DNA of 64,000 bases from Pseudovirgaria hyperparasitica. Taxonomy: Eukaryota. The notes below the pieces were generated by a model. The model was not told the origin of the DNA and searched no databases. It saw nothing but the letters and a program-made list of their open reading frames with translations. The position numbers and the translations under genes are program-made. The DNA lies in the NCBI GenBank assembly GCA_010093815.1, contig ML996568.1; one strand, 5' to 3'. Numbering within the stretch: the first letter of the stretch is position 1; each line of letters begins with the position of its first letter. This document shows, piece after piece, positions 40,835 to 54,305 of this stretch.

Positions 40835-43800
40835 TCGCGGTTCTCCCGGGGTTCTTCCGACGTATACCGGGGTTCTTCCGGTATATATTAGGCTTCTTCT
40901 AGTATATATACGCGGGTCTACTAGAACTAGGGGAGAGGAAGGTGTATAAGTATCTATCGGGTAACGTCCTTAGGGTACTTATTAAGCTATCGCGTGATAT
41001 TAGAGGTCCTCGTTATATAGACGAGGGCTTATCTTAGGGTATAGAGGCTAGAGCACGTCGCGAGGTAGTAGTATATTATACCTCTCCGGCCGTAGTCCTC
41101 GTACTAGAGAGATATATCTAGGACGCCTCTCTAGTAGAGGTAATATAGGAGACCTATAGCGCCTATTTAGGCTTAGAGGAGTATAGATGCTTAGGCCTTT
41201 ATTAGCCCTTTATATATCTATTTACTCGGTTCCTTCTAAGGCCCTCGGATCTATTCTAGATACCTATTCTATTAGGAGGCCCACTAGGCTTTAAGTACCT
41301 CCCTCTATTTACCCTAGATCTATAACCGTATAACGCGGCTAAGCTCCTTAGGGCTCTATTAGCTTAGGATAGCATCCGGGTTATTTTAAACCTTCTACGC
41401 GGTCTAGCTTAAGTCCGCCTCTATATAGTATTTATATTATACTCGAGTTTATTCTATAGTAGAGAGGGCCTAGTAATACGCGCGGATACGTATACGTAGT
41501 ACGGCGAAGATATATACTCTATCTCCTCTACGTTCTTATACTTATTATTTAGTAAAGTATATAAGTCTCTATATCTAGTAGAAGTTCTATATACTCGTTA
41601 CGTTTATCTTACGTTAGAGGAGTATCGTATTAGTAGCTTTATATACGCTAGAGATAAGGCGGAGTATACGGTTTTATATAGACTTAAGCTTTGCCCGCCG
41701 AGCTTATATAAGGGCCGTATACTAGTACTCGTGTCCGTATATAAAGGCTAGGCGTACTAGGGAGACGTATAGCTATCTCGCCTTATCCTAGGCTATTCCC
41801 TACGTAGATACCGTAATCTAGTATATAGCGGTTTCTATCTAGAGGGCTCTAGAGACGGCGTGTGCCACCTATGGTCCCTATTTTAGCTTATTATTAATTA
41901 TAACACCGAGTGCGCGTATACTCTATACTAGTAGTTCTATAAAGGCGTCGATTTAGGGGCGACGTGTCCCCTCCCTAGTAGTCTATCCTCTATGGCGGTT
42001 AATAAAGTATATAAGCTAGTATTTTTTAGGTGCGAATTTTACTCTATGGCGCTTTACCTACTAGACGCATTTCTCGTGGTCTCGTTCGAGTCGTGTATAT
42101 ATTCTACTAGTACTACTATTAACCGCGAGGAGGTATATATCGTCTACGTATCCGACTACCTCTATATATTCTATTCCCTAAAGGAGGTCTACTATAAAGA
42201 AAAGAAAGAGAATCGGGGAGATGGTACTCCCTTACGGGATGCCATATACCGTCTCCTTATATTTACTTCGGTATCCGGGGATATATATTTAAGTAGTCCT
42301 TTACGCGAGGAAGGACTATATAAATTATATAATCTACTTAGGTATTCGCCTTATCCGGAGGTTATAGATAAGTCTTATATAGTTTACCTTATTAAACGCC
42401 CCTACTATGTCTAGGGAGAGTAGCGTAACGACTCGTCCTTATTTCTATATAGTCTAGATAACCTCGAGGATATATTAAATAGCTATAATTAGGGAGCTTC
42501 CTACCTTCGCCTTCTAGTTTACTAGAAGAAGGCCGTGTACCTATACTACTATACTTATCTTCTTAGTAATTATAGCTTCTAGTACCTTACTAAGGTAGGA
42601 GAGAAGGGCGATTAGCCTCCATCCCTTCGGCGTGTTTAGGCTCTTCCCTAGTTTTAGAAGTATAACCGTGTATATAGTTCGGAAGCTCTATAGATGGTAT
42701 CCTATACGGGCGCACGCTCGGAATATATAGCCTATAATTAGTAAGGTCGCCTATATGGTCCTCTTAAGGCATCGATTCGGAATTCTATCTAGTCTAGGCG
42801 CTTTATTATTCGGGAGTATCTTAATAGCGCCGAGTATATCGTTGTCCGTAATTTCCCTAGAGATACTTATAGCTTCCGGGTATTCTATGCCGTCGATATC
42901 TAATAGGTCTACGGGTTCTAGGAGAGGGAATATAACCTCTTATAGGATCTCTATTTTCTCGAGGCTTATAGAGTACGTCTTTTCTTAATATATAAGGGGG
43001 GGTATAAGTGGTGTAGGTGTCGGGGAGGCGGTGCTTTTAGCCTATTTTACTATATGCCATAGTCTAGTAGTATTACGTGTATATCTATCCGTGACTATAT
43101 ACTACTATTTACGTCGCTCGTTATAGAGGACCTTATCTTATTATTTTCTCGCCTCTCTCTATTTATCCTATACTTTAGATATATAGTTATAGTATACGCG
43201 TGTATATAATCTCTAGACTTCTTACCTATGCTCTCGTACTTAAGGTATACTTTTCGGGTCTAGAGGTCTATATATTTAGTACGGCACGTGTTTATCTCTT
43301 ACTCCCTAGTATACCTATAGAAGTATATTCACGGCCTAGTCGATGGCCGGGCCATTAGATATATTAACTATAGACGGGTCTAGAATCGTCGATTCTAGGT
43401 CCTTTAGGTACTTTTCCTAGTTAGTATCCTTCTATAGCTATCGCCCTCGTTAGTCTTAAGGGGTAGATACGTCTATTACGGTCTCCATGTATTCGTGGTC
43501 GGAGTCTATCTATATAAGGCTTAGGCGGTAGTATTAAGTCCTATTATAAATGTGTCTAGTGGCTAGAGTAAGGTCGAGTATAGATCCGCCCTTATCTTAT
43601 TTATATTTTCGCTAGGTAATCTATTCTACTAGTATAAGAAGGTATAGGAAGCCATAGTATTAGGTGCGTAGTTCTCTAGCTCGAAGCTCTTCGCGGGTAA
43701 CGGTTAGTCTACCCTACTAGCTATAATAGAGGTTAAAGTCTCCTAGGAGGATGTATTATCCTAGCTTAGTAGTACCCTTAAGTATATTATCCGCCTAAAG

Positions 43801-45592
43801 TAATCGGTTCTAATTATATATATTATATATATAGAGGGGTCCGATATTCGTCTAGAGGTATAGTATTATCTAGAGGTTATCCCGTTTAGTATACAACTAT
43901 AATAAGAGTAGAATAGACTTATAGATATGGAAGAGGACTCTCCTCTCCGGTCCTAGGGGGTGTATTATATAATATCCTAGGTATGTTATTGGTTTGTTCG
44001 TCTAGTAGTGTTTATATAGCTCCTATATAGCGAGTATTATAGCTCCGGTCTCCTCGAGGAGTATCGCCTAGTTCTTACGTTTATACTATACGTTTACCTA
44101 TATAATTAGGAGTATATCTTGGTCTCTTATTAGGTGCTAGGGAATATATAGACCTATATATTTATTCCTCTAAGACGCGACTATCCTCGTACGGCGGCGG
44201 CCTTAATAATTCCTTAGGGCCGTCCTATTATTAGCTTTCTTAGAATGGTTTACTATTCCTAACCGCTTCCTTATAAGGAGATAGTCTATAGTAGTAGTAT
44301 TATAGTAAAGAGAGGAATAGTAGTAGGTCGTATCGTTTATAGCTACCTTACTCCCTTTATCCAGATTAAGTGGATATATTTAGTAACCTATTTACGTTTC
44401 GCGCACGTAGTCGACTACGACGGGTACTTACCGTCGTAGTTAGAGTACTTCGCCGTGTCTCTATCCCTCTAGCCCTCTCCTTATATCCCGTGGGGGCACT
44501 TCTAGGTACTATATTCTTATTAATACCACCTATACCTAGTCTTTTAGGAGTACCGCTGTGCCGTATACCCGTATCCCTAATAGTTAAAGTACTATATTAT
44601 TACCTATGCTCTATCCTATGGTTCCGCCATAAGAAGCTCCCCTTCCGCTAGGAATCTCTCTTATATAATTTAATACGCGAGGGCGGGGTCCTTAAGCTCT
44701 ACTATTATAGTAGAGTGTGCCTTTAATCTAGTTTTAATCCCTTATATATTCTTCTACTATACTCTTACGATCTTAATCCCTAGGTATTTTCGCTCGTTTA
44801 ACTATTCTATCCGCGTGATATCCTCTTCTCTAATAACCTATCCGCTTATAGATATAGAGTATACCTATATTAGGTATGTGGCCGCCCTAATAGAGGCGCC
44901 TAGAAAGATACTACTAATCGCGTTCGGATCGCGCGAGATAGTCTACTACGCGATATTCGTTATCGTGGTAAGTACTACTCCTTCTAGCGTGAGTTTAGCG
45001 GTAACGATATTTAACTATATTCCCTTTTATTCGTTAATCTTACTTACTATATCCTTTAGGGATACTTACTAGACCTATACTAGGGTGTCCTTATCCTAGA
45101 TTATAACGTATATACTACACGCCACGTCGCCGGTCTAGGGGGCCCGTAGTATAGCCTCTAGTATTACTACTATTTATATCTATATACTAGGGCGCTTACC
45201 TTAAGTAAGTTCCTCCTAGATTCTACGTAGGCTAGCCTCTATTTAGTCGAGCCTACCCTCCGGTCCTCCTAGTTATATCTTCTTCTCCTCCTCTATAATT
45301 CACTTTAGATTCTAGATAAGATTCTAGAATATATATAGAAGGGTCTTCTAGCCCTCTCCGGCTTCCTTCTCTATACGTGCTACCTAGTAGTTAATATAAT
45401 CTAGAAGGGTTTCCCCTCTCGGGGTCCCCTTTATTCTATCTATCTATAGCGGCGTGCGCCTTTAGGTGTATTCTACGTTTTAGATAGGTATATAGTTACC
45501 CTTAGTAATATCGCTATATAGCCTTTTCTATCGTACTAGTAGGGGTATATCCGGTATATACTAGGGTATATCGGTACCTAAGGCCGCCATAT

Positions 45593-45623
45593 TTATTAGT
45601 TAAGGGCTACCCTTAACTAATAA
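45593..45623. repeat. 31-bp palindrome, copy 5 (LINE 5' UTR, 2 nt upstream of the ORF1 ATG)
   Basis: Same sequence as copy 4, but in unrelated flanks. Confidence 0.95.
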
Positions 45624-48600
45624 AAGGGGGTCGGTATATCGGCGTTCTAGTAGCGTGGTCCGTGCCTCTATCTCCGTGAGGATTTTAAGAGGGTGTATAT
45701 ATATCTTTATATGGTGATAACGTCTTGGTTTCGACGCTACACGTACGTGCGTATGGTAGTAGTTAGTGTACTTAGTATACTCTATCGATTAAGGTATATA
45801 TCTCGCTATATTACCCTAAATGGACCAAGTTAGCCTCTTGGGGATGTAAAAGAAGTTTTTTTTTTTAAGCCTAATCTATAAAGTCGCGTATAAAACGATA
45901 TAGAATATATAAGTGTTCGTAACTATCTAGGCCGACTTTATATATAAAGAGGGATTTAGGATCTAGATAGAAGGAGTATCGTTTCACGTAAGGTTAGACG
46001 CCTACGTCTAGAGTTACGGTTTACCGCTATTCTTTAAGATCTTTAAGGAGTTAAAGGTAGATCTTACTAAAGGTAGAATCCTTTAGTAAGTTCTCGAGAA
46101 TAGCTTCCTTAAACTTATTAGTTATTTTAACGAATTTAGTTTACTAAATAGTATTATCTAGTATTATATAGTCTACGCGGTTTACGTAATGGATTAGAGG
46201 GGCGGTAGTTAATACCGCATGCTACGGTAGGCTTATAACTAGTAATCGGGATAATGAATCCGCGTTCTAGTAGTCCTTCCCTAGTCGGTGTCTAAGTTCT
46301 AGGCGTTTCTTAAATCGACTTAGGAATAATTACTATCCTATAAGTCTCTCTAAACGCTTACCCTTAGCGTTTTCTTCCTTATAAACGGCTATAATTACTT
46401 CGTAATTAACGTACGTAATATAATATCTATAATCTATAAAATGCGGAAGCTTACGTAAGGCCTACACGAGAGCGGTAGTTTCGAGCTCCGTAGACTAATA
46501 TTACTTCTTAGCTAGCGCAATTATATGTAATAGGTATAGAACGGGTTTCTCTATGGGATTATCTAGTTTAGTTAAATCCATTTAATAAATAGCGTAACCG
46601 AAGCCGTTAAGGCTACCGTTAATATAGAATATAAAACTATAATTAAAATCTAGATATATAAGCGTTAGTATAGTATAGAAACGATACTTAAGATTCTCGT
46701 AGGCTTACTTATATTTCATGCAATAAGAAGTATCCTTAATAAGAGAGATAATACTTATCTACTTTACGTATCGTTTATACTCGAAACCTTTCTTTAGAGT
46801 ATCTTTAAAGTCTTTATTTTTAAGCTCTTATAATAGTTTAGCTATAATTACGTATTTCTCTACGAATTTACGATAATAGTTTATAAAAGTAAGAAACTAT
46901 TTAAGTTCTTATAAATTTATAGGAAACGCGATATTCCTAATAGCGTTAACTTTTTTCTTTACCATGCTAAGCCCGAGACGCGAAACGTAATATTCTAACG
47001 CTTAAATTAAAGGGTAAGTAAAATAGCATTTACCTAGGTTTAAGGTAATACTACTTTAGTTTAGTAGGCCTAACGCGTACTCGAGATAAAGTAAGTAATC
47101 CTCTAGATTATAACTAAAAACGATCATGTCGTCGATATACACGAGCATGAATTTCTATAAGTAATTACTAAATAGATTCTCTATGCGGTGTTAGAAGAAC
47201 CCGGGGGAATTTACTAATTCTATTATAGCTACTATGAAAGTCTCGTGTCCCTAATAAGGAGTAATAAACCCTAACTTCTATTAGTTCTCTTCTTTAATAG
47301 ATTATTAGAAAAAGGATTTCGTAAAGTTAAGTAATAACTAAACTTAAGCGCCTTCTATTACGGTAAGGATAGTATCTTACTTAGGTAACGGGTAAGCGTC
47401 CTTGAATAGGGCCATGTTAACGCGTCTTATATCGACTACTACTCGTGGTTAAAGGTTTCTCTAAACCACGAATGCCGGGCTTAAAACTAGACTTAGCTCT
47501 TCTAACCTTAGCTTTCGTACGTAACCCTATTCCGTTAATAGATTAAGTACTTTATCTATCTCTATTTTATTACGTTTAGAGAGGTCAAAGAATTACTACT
47601 TAAGCTTACTTAAGTCGGTATCATAATTAAAGGGCACTAGCATTTTAATTCTATTATTAAACCGACCGAGCTCCTTTTAGAATAACGTATTATACTTAGC
47701 TAATATAGCTCGGATACGGTCTTAGTATTGCTTTCTACTATAATCGCTAATATCTACACCGTCTAAACTTATATACTTATCTAGTGGCTCTACTATAAAT
47801 AGTACGCCTATAGAGGGATTGTCCGGTTTATCCTCTATAGAGATTAGAAGTCCTTAAAAGATGTCCTCTATTAATAGTATAGCTAGATTTAATAGCGTAG
47901 TAGATAGCGTGAATACACTCACGGAAGCGACTTATTACTTTTACTTTAGAGTAATCGGTTTATCTCCGAAGTTTATAAATAGAATATAGTAGACGAGTTT
48001 AACACTATTGTCTACTTTTATCGGTTATCTAATAAGATAGCTCGCTGCCCTCGCATATTAAGTAGCGGATTAAAAGATATACAACGAGCTATCGATTAAT
48101 AAGTCTCCCGAAGGCGGTTTACGGATTTAAGTTAGTAAATTTATATCTAACCAAGGCGGTATTATAATGGTAGTTTGAATACGGGCGTAAGTAGTTTTCA
48201 CATGCGGCTGTAAGTTCGTATATATTTTAATAAAATGACTACCCACGCGTAGCGTAGTATATCCTCCCGGGGCTTTCTATATAACATCTACGGCGTTTAG
48301 TTCTAGTACGTTATTTCCTAGTATATAGGGTACTAGTAGCCGGTCCACGATAAGGACATTAGCGTATAGTCGTACGTTTTTACTATCGACCGCTTTTAGT
48401 ATAATAGAGAGGTCTTTATAATAAGATTTACTCTTAATAGCGTGTTAAGATATACCTCTAATAATAAAGTTCTTCTTAAGAGGGATAATATTCACGCGGG
48501 GATAAAATTTTATAATAATATCCTTCCGAATTATTAAAATGCTAGCTCCTATATTAGTATAGAATTCAATGGGTACGTGTTTTAAAGGAGAATATATATA

Positions 48601-51210
48601 AGCGCGTATTAGTGTTTTATTATTACTAAAGGTACTTAGGTATACGTTACCCATAATAAAAGGGAACGGTAGGGTATTTATAGTAGGAGTCGGAGATTCA
48701 TTAGTTATATATTCTAAGGATTCAGTCGCCGATAAATCTATAGGTCTAGAAATATAGGTTTTAGTAATTAATTTATTAAACCACGATCGACCTTTCGAAA
48801 CGATAGATAATAAGGTAGATACTAATGCTATAGGGCTATCATTTTTCGAGGATAGTTAAGCATGATTATCTTTGGAATTAGGCTCGCTCTCTACTAATTC
48901 CTCTCCTATTTTTCCGAACCTTTAGCTATAGAATTAATAATAATATAGTCTCCTTACTCCCGTTCTTACTCTTCTTCCGTTTATTCTCCTAAGTATAGAT
49001 CTATATTAGGTATTTATTCGTCTATAAATCATACTAATCGTTGTTAGGGACACTTATTATTCTTATATTATCTACTATAATACACGCACGGATAAGCCAG
49101 TGGCTTTTTCTCTATAATAGCTAGAGTAGGTAGTAAGCCTCGAGGTTAAGCGCGTTATATAGATATATTAGCGAGAGGGGCACGGTATAGAAGAGTAGTT
49201 CCACTAGGTTAATATCGTGCGCTAGGGATATTAGACACCGGATTATATAAACGCGGGTCTCGAGCTACTAGCGCAGCCGTACTCTAAGGATAGTTATAGT
49301 AATAGAGACGTCTCGCGGTAAACTTATATTTAAACACTTTCTTTAAGAAGTTAGTTATAGATATACTATCTTCGGGAGTAGTAAGTAACATAATAAGGGG
49401 ATCGAGATCCATCTAGACTTACTATACTATCTCTCCTTTAGGGACATTAGTATCGCATAGTAAGGATTATTTTTAGGAAATGTATTCGCAAAGAGGGAGC
49501 ACTATTTCATTTATAAATAGATATCTATATCTTTCGGCACGTAGCCTAGCTTTATATAGATCCGCTATAAATTATTATCGGAGTTAGTTAATCTATTCGT
49601 CGATACTATATATTATATCTTCTTATATCTCGGGAGATAATAAATCATGCTACATAGCGGCCGAATCTCTTAAGCAGAGGGGTAGCACGTCTAATACTTA
49701 GTTATATAAGTATTAATTCACGCGTTACACGATACGATTAACGAATAATTATATACTAGTCTTACTATTATACGTCCCTATGTCTTAAGCTTTTAGCGAA
49801 CGGCCTTAAGGTCTTAAGTCGGTTAAATCCGGGTACGCGAATATTAGGGGAGCTAGTAAAACCTAAGTATATTCATGTCTAGATACTCTATTTATTCTAC
49901 TAAACGTATTCCGTAGAGAAGGAGAGTACCGTTTCTTTAGAGGGGAACCAGGAGGGAAACAGGGAGCGTATAGTCCTATATCTCGCCCGTGACGAGATAT
50001 TAAGAAGTCTTAAATGATTTTGACGGTAGCATCTCGATCTTAATATATATAGGGACGGCTTAATAGTAAGGGTATCGGATTACCTCTTATGCGGAAACGT
50101 ACGGGCTTACCTATTATAGAAAAGGTTAAAGGACGTGCTCGTTCTTCCGGTTTAACTTCCTTATTATTAGTAGGTCTATTTTTAAAACGCTAGATAAAGG
50201 ACTAAAAGTTTATAGCGCTAGTAAGATAGCTATTATTCCTTAATAACTTATCTAAAGCTTCTAGGACTTCTTCTTTATGTTCCGCTCGCGAGTAGAGTTA
50301 AAGATATTCCCGAATCGTTCTTACCTTAATTATAACTACTTCTAGTAATACTACTTTAAATATAATACTTTCTAGGAGATTGTTTTCCTCGATAAACGCT
50401 TCTAGGTAAAGAATAAGGAAGGCGTCTTTACGAAAAGCTAATTATAAATATAAGATTAGAGGAGGGAGAGAGATAGATCCTTCTACTTTAGCCTTAATTA
50501 TACGGGTTATTTACCCTTCTACGGGGTCCGTCGTACCCGCTATAACGTCTCGTAGATAGGGTCGTTAATAGAATTATATAGTATATTAGAAAGAGGTTAA
50601 TAATTCGGATAACGGCGAGAATCCTCCCGGTATATTAAAATTAGTCATTTTAGAAGAAAGAGGAGCTTTAATCCTTCTTATCGATTCTTTCTTAATAATT
50701 AGAACTCGGGTTTACTCCGTCGGTTCGGCGGTTAGAGTAGATACTAATTATAATTATAAGCGTAACTATGATTATCTTAAGCTTATTAGAATTTAATTAG
50801 GGTCTAAAGATTATAGCTCTCTTTTAGATATAAGTTTAAGTAGTTATATATCTTTAAGAGATAAGTAAAATTAGGAGATAAGGAGACTCCTAAGGAGAGC
50901 CTTAGTTAATATTTACTAGGGCACACGGCGGAGAACGTAGATCGTTTAATTTTTCAGCTACTAGATACCGAGTATAGTACTTAGAGGGTGCTATATTATC
51001 TACCGAAGGGTCTATAATAGAGTAAAGGAGATAGAGATACTCTTAATAAGTCTTTAATTAAGTACTAATACCGTTATACATAATAATCCTCCTTCCTCTA
51101 GCTATAAATAATATAGAAGGAAGAAGTAATATATACTAAGCTTCTAGCGTCATGTGATAAGGCCACGTGACTTAGCTACTTATGTGACCTCATATGACTA
51201 CCTATAGTAC

Positions 51211-51843
51211 ATTGCCAACCCAGAGCCAAATTCAACATTTTTCACATTGTAGGTTTGATATAAATGACACTAATCTGGAGAAATGGATAACTGAGGCAGC
51301 ACACTAGAGACCATTTGAACCGACATAACGTCTTGGAGCACGATGCTAGCCTGAGTCGCTCCGACGACTTCTTTGGGAACAACCATGTCTTCAACGCCAC
51401 CATCTTCGATGAGTCTCGTGCTTACTGGACCGGGTCGATCCTTGATGCGAAGATGCTCGCGAACAGCAAGGTAGCTCGTCAAGTGACGTCCAGATCCAAG
51501 AATCCGGAATATAAATTCACAGAGTCCATTGAGTCCTTCAGCGTCGGTGAATTAGCGGCCCCGATCATCGTGTTTGGGGACATGGAGGCTGGAACAGTCC
51601 AGAAAGATATGGTCGAGTACTTTTTTGGTATGTAGAAACAATCCTCCCTTCATACTAGTACTGAAAATTGGTGTAGAGAATGAACGGCTCCCGACTGAGC
51701 TAGGGTGGTCGAAGAAGACTGAGACTGTTACGATGGGAGAAGTACTGCGCGCTGGCGGCGTCATTCGTCGTGCCACCAGTCTGTTAACTTCATCTGAAGT
51801 GACAGGGCATACCTCCTTGAGACGAGGCCTGCATGGCACCTGA
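51211..51843 (+). pseudogene. 5'-truncated heme-thiolate peroxidase (chloroperoxidase/UPO, Peroxidase_2 family)
   Basis: Exons ~51211-51248, 51308-51628 and 51677-51843 give IANPEPNSTFFTLDHLNRHNVLEHDASLSRSD...ENERLPTELGW. The EHD-S motif is present; the N-terminal PCP heme-ligand part is absent and replaced by RIP-like DNA. Confidence 0.85.
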
Positions 51844-52969
51844 GACCAGGGCGTTGGTCCGAAGTCTGAACACTTCACTTATGCTTTGCGGAACGACTAT
51901 GTTACCATGCACACTCAATGGGAATGGAAGAACGAGTTAGTCGGAATTGGAGGTCGACAAGACATGACAAATGTTTCAGATCTTGGCGGTTTCAACACCC
52001 ATTGTGTCATAGGCAAATGTATGACTGAGTGATTCATGTCTCTTTTCAATTTATAAAGGTACAACTCTCCACCGCTCGTGGTATTGAGATTTCATTGTTC
52101 GTGAAAAGATACTTGGTTCGGTCTCATTTTCGCATGATACACATTTCTCCACAACGCTGAAAGGTCTGCAAAAATGCTTTTGACGCGACACACTGCGCAA
52201 GGACTACTGGGTCTTCCGCTGTTGCGTTTCAACGACATACTATGCAGAATTTGGCTAAGGTGTGTTCGCAAACTTTTTGGTTCGAGAGAGAAAGTTACGA
52301 AAAGCTAGTGACGCGTATCCAGGAATGGGAACTCAGCGGCCTGGCAATCGAGTATACTGGGGCCTAGATGTGAACTTTGCGCAACATTCTGCTAGTGTCT
52401 AGGTGAGACCACTTCATTCTGTCAACTCATCGGGCCCCAAAGCCATCAGGGAATAACGTTATTACCCAGACCCGCAACCGTCTCGATCATGTCGGTCATA
52501 GTTATACCCCTGAGGCTCTGATTCGTTGAAGGAGGTAGTTACCGACAAGCCTCTGTACCCCGCGAAAACCCCAGATTCGTTATTTCCAGGGACAAACCCG
52601 AAATCTGGGGCCTTCTTTCCGTGTGCCGATCCCGACTAGTCCTGGAGGCGTAGAACTCTAACCACATACATCTTAAGTTCAATAACCTTAAGCCCGTTCG
52701 GCATCATCAACATGACGATCATCCTAGACTTTTGCCTCGCGAGGACATAGTGCTCTGGAATAAGTGGACTTGGCCCATAGAACAGCGGTGAACCCGGCGG
52801 GGAAAATGATCAAGAGCGTGTCACGATGCTCATTTTCCCGTTGTAGACGGCACTATTGTATCTTCTTTAAAGACATGAGAGGCCCTATACTGCCGTTGTT
52901 GACTTCCACGCCTGCAATCCCCCGTCATTGTGCCATTGTCGTCTCGTGTATCACATACTGTGCCTCACA

Positions 52970-54129
52970 ATGCGACCTCTCCTGGTCTCTGCGCTCGCGG
53001 CTGTGGTCGTTGCAGCACCGGCTCCTGAATTTATCCACGGCGACTCAGACGCGTCGCTTTTTCGCTTTTACGACAACCCAGACTTCCTGCAAGGACCCTG
53101 CGACATCACAACCGGCCCGGATGGTAACATCTGGACGCAGAACTTCCTCGACAATTCGATCTCGAAGATTGAGATCGAGAGCGGCAAGGTGACCAATTAC
53201 AAGATTCCGTACTCGCCTGATCAGTTGTACAACACCACAAATCTTCCGTTGACGGGGCGCATTGCGTTTGCGTGCGCTATCCAGCCGGGGAAAGATGGCA
53301 ATCTGTATGCTGCGACCGGTGTTCGTAGTCAGTTCTTGAAGATCAATCCCGCGACTGGTTTCATAAAGGTTTTCACGCCGCCGCTGCCAAATGTGCCTCT
53401 ACTAGGCAATATCCAGCCTTTCAACGACCTATGGCCCGATGAGACAGGCGTAAGTATCATCCTTAGCATCATCATGATCCGAACAATCCACTAAAAACTT
53501 CGCAGATGTATTATAGCCTGACCACAGCCGGCACATTATATCACTTCGACTACGCCACCGAGACCTTCGACGGCGTGTACCCGCTACCCACACCCCTCAA
53601 CGGTGTCGTTGGCGTATACGTCGACCAACAACAAGGCAACGTCTGGCTCGCCGAGTTCTTTGGGCAGAAGATTGCCAAATTCAACCCCTCGACCAAGACC
53701 TTCACCGAGTACCCACTCCCGCTCGACGGCCTCGGCATCGTCGTCGTGCGCGCCGAGACCGAGCAGCGATACATCTGGTTCACTGGCTTCCTGTCCGGCA
53801 CAAATGTGCGGTTTGACATGGCCACGGACGAGATTAAGGTGTTCCACGACACGGGCCTGCTGGGCCTGGCCAGTCTGCCGACGGAGAACACGGTCGACAC
53901 GCGGCATGATTGTATGTGGTATAGTACGGCGAGCAGGAACACGATCCAGTATATTGATACGAATGGCGTGACGACGATTATTGATATGCCGGATAATGGC
54001 ATCACGCAGCCGCTGGGCGTGCCGCCAGGTTTGAATATCGCGATTCATTACAATGGCGGAGATGATAATGCCATTTATTTCTCGCAGACGTTGAGGAATA
54101 GGATTGGGAGGTATCAATTAGGTCCGTAA
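52970..54129 (+). CDS. Secreted beta-propeller protein, virginiamycin B lyase (Vgb)/NHL-like, ~367 aa
   Basis: Signal peptide MRPLLVSALAAVVVAAPAP; GPCDITTGPDGNIW, GNVWLAEF and TEYPLP repeats; intron 53450-53505 (GTAAGT...CAG) joins ORFs 52928 and 53506 in frame. Confidence 0.85.
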
Positions 54130-54305
54130 TTGGAGAGCATGGGTATTTGTATATGTATCCGTAGAAGGCTGGCTTCCGCTGCCTGTTCTGCAGCATAGCT
54201 GCGATCACCGTGACGTATCAATAATGTCTGTCGTAAGACCGCATATCGAAAGGTTGCCTCGGACGTGCTGGTTGCGCCGTAGATTTCGCCTATATCAGCA
54301 CAACA

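Larger units (their letters stand above)
40576..45865 (-). mobile_element. Full-length Tad1-like LINE (~5.3 kb), RIP-mutated
   Basis: TSD taagcctaatctataa at 40560-40575 and 45866-45881; ORF1 ATG 45590 with three CCHC knuckles (~44400-44600); ORF2 with APE endonuclease (SDH ~43495) and RT (WR.IALL, GIP.GSTISPIL, VGYVDD ~42140); (ATA)n tail. Confidence 0.93.
38391..51078 (-). mobile_element. Ty3/Gypsy element B (3'-truncated), interrupted by a LINE
   Basis: LTR ~50749-51078 with an adjacent PBS-like tggtatc (RIPed, 50740-50746); gag ATG 50648; zinc knuckle ~49040-49090; protease (T)DTGAS ~48550; RT MLVYIDDMIVF ~47130; RNase H ~46300-46630; integrase split at 40575/45866; chromodomain-like end ~39330-39450. 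Confidence 0.88.
1..51210. mobile_element. RIP-degenerated nested transposon block (AT-rich compartment)
   Basis: Pervasive TpA excess and CpA/TpG depletion; no long intact ORFs, but TE protein motifs reappear when C>T and G>A changes are reverted; abrupt switch to normal composition near 51,210. Confidence 0.97.

Noticed and set aside
45720..45832. Hammerhead-like arrangement in the LINE 5' UTR (cttggTC...cGAAAccaag on the minus strand)
   Set aside because: Stem III and GUC fit, but no CUGAnGA core can be recovered at the right place by reverting RIP changes; needs an Infernal search on an unRIPed copy.
51079..51082. cata matching 3541-3544 as a TSD for the entire 3545-51078 block
   Set aside because: Only 4 bp in AT-rich DNA, and the two ends belong to different LTR families.
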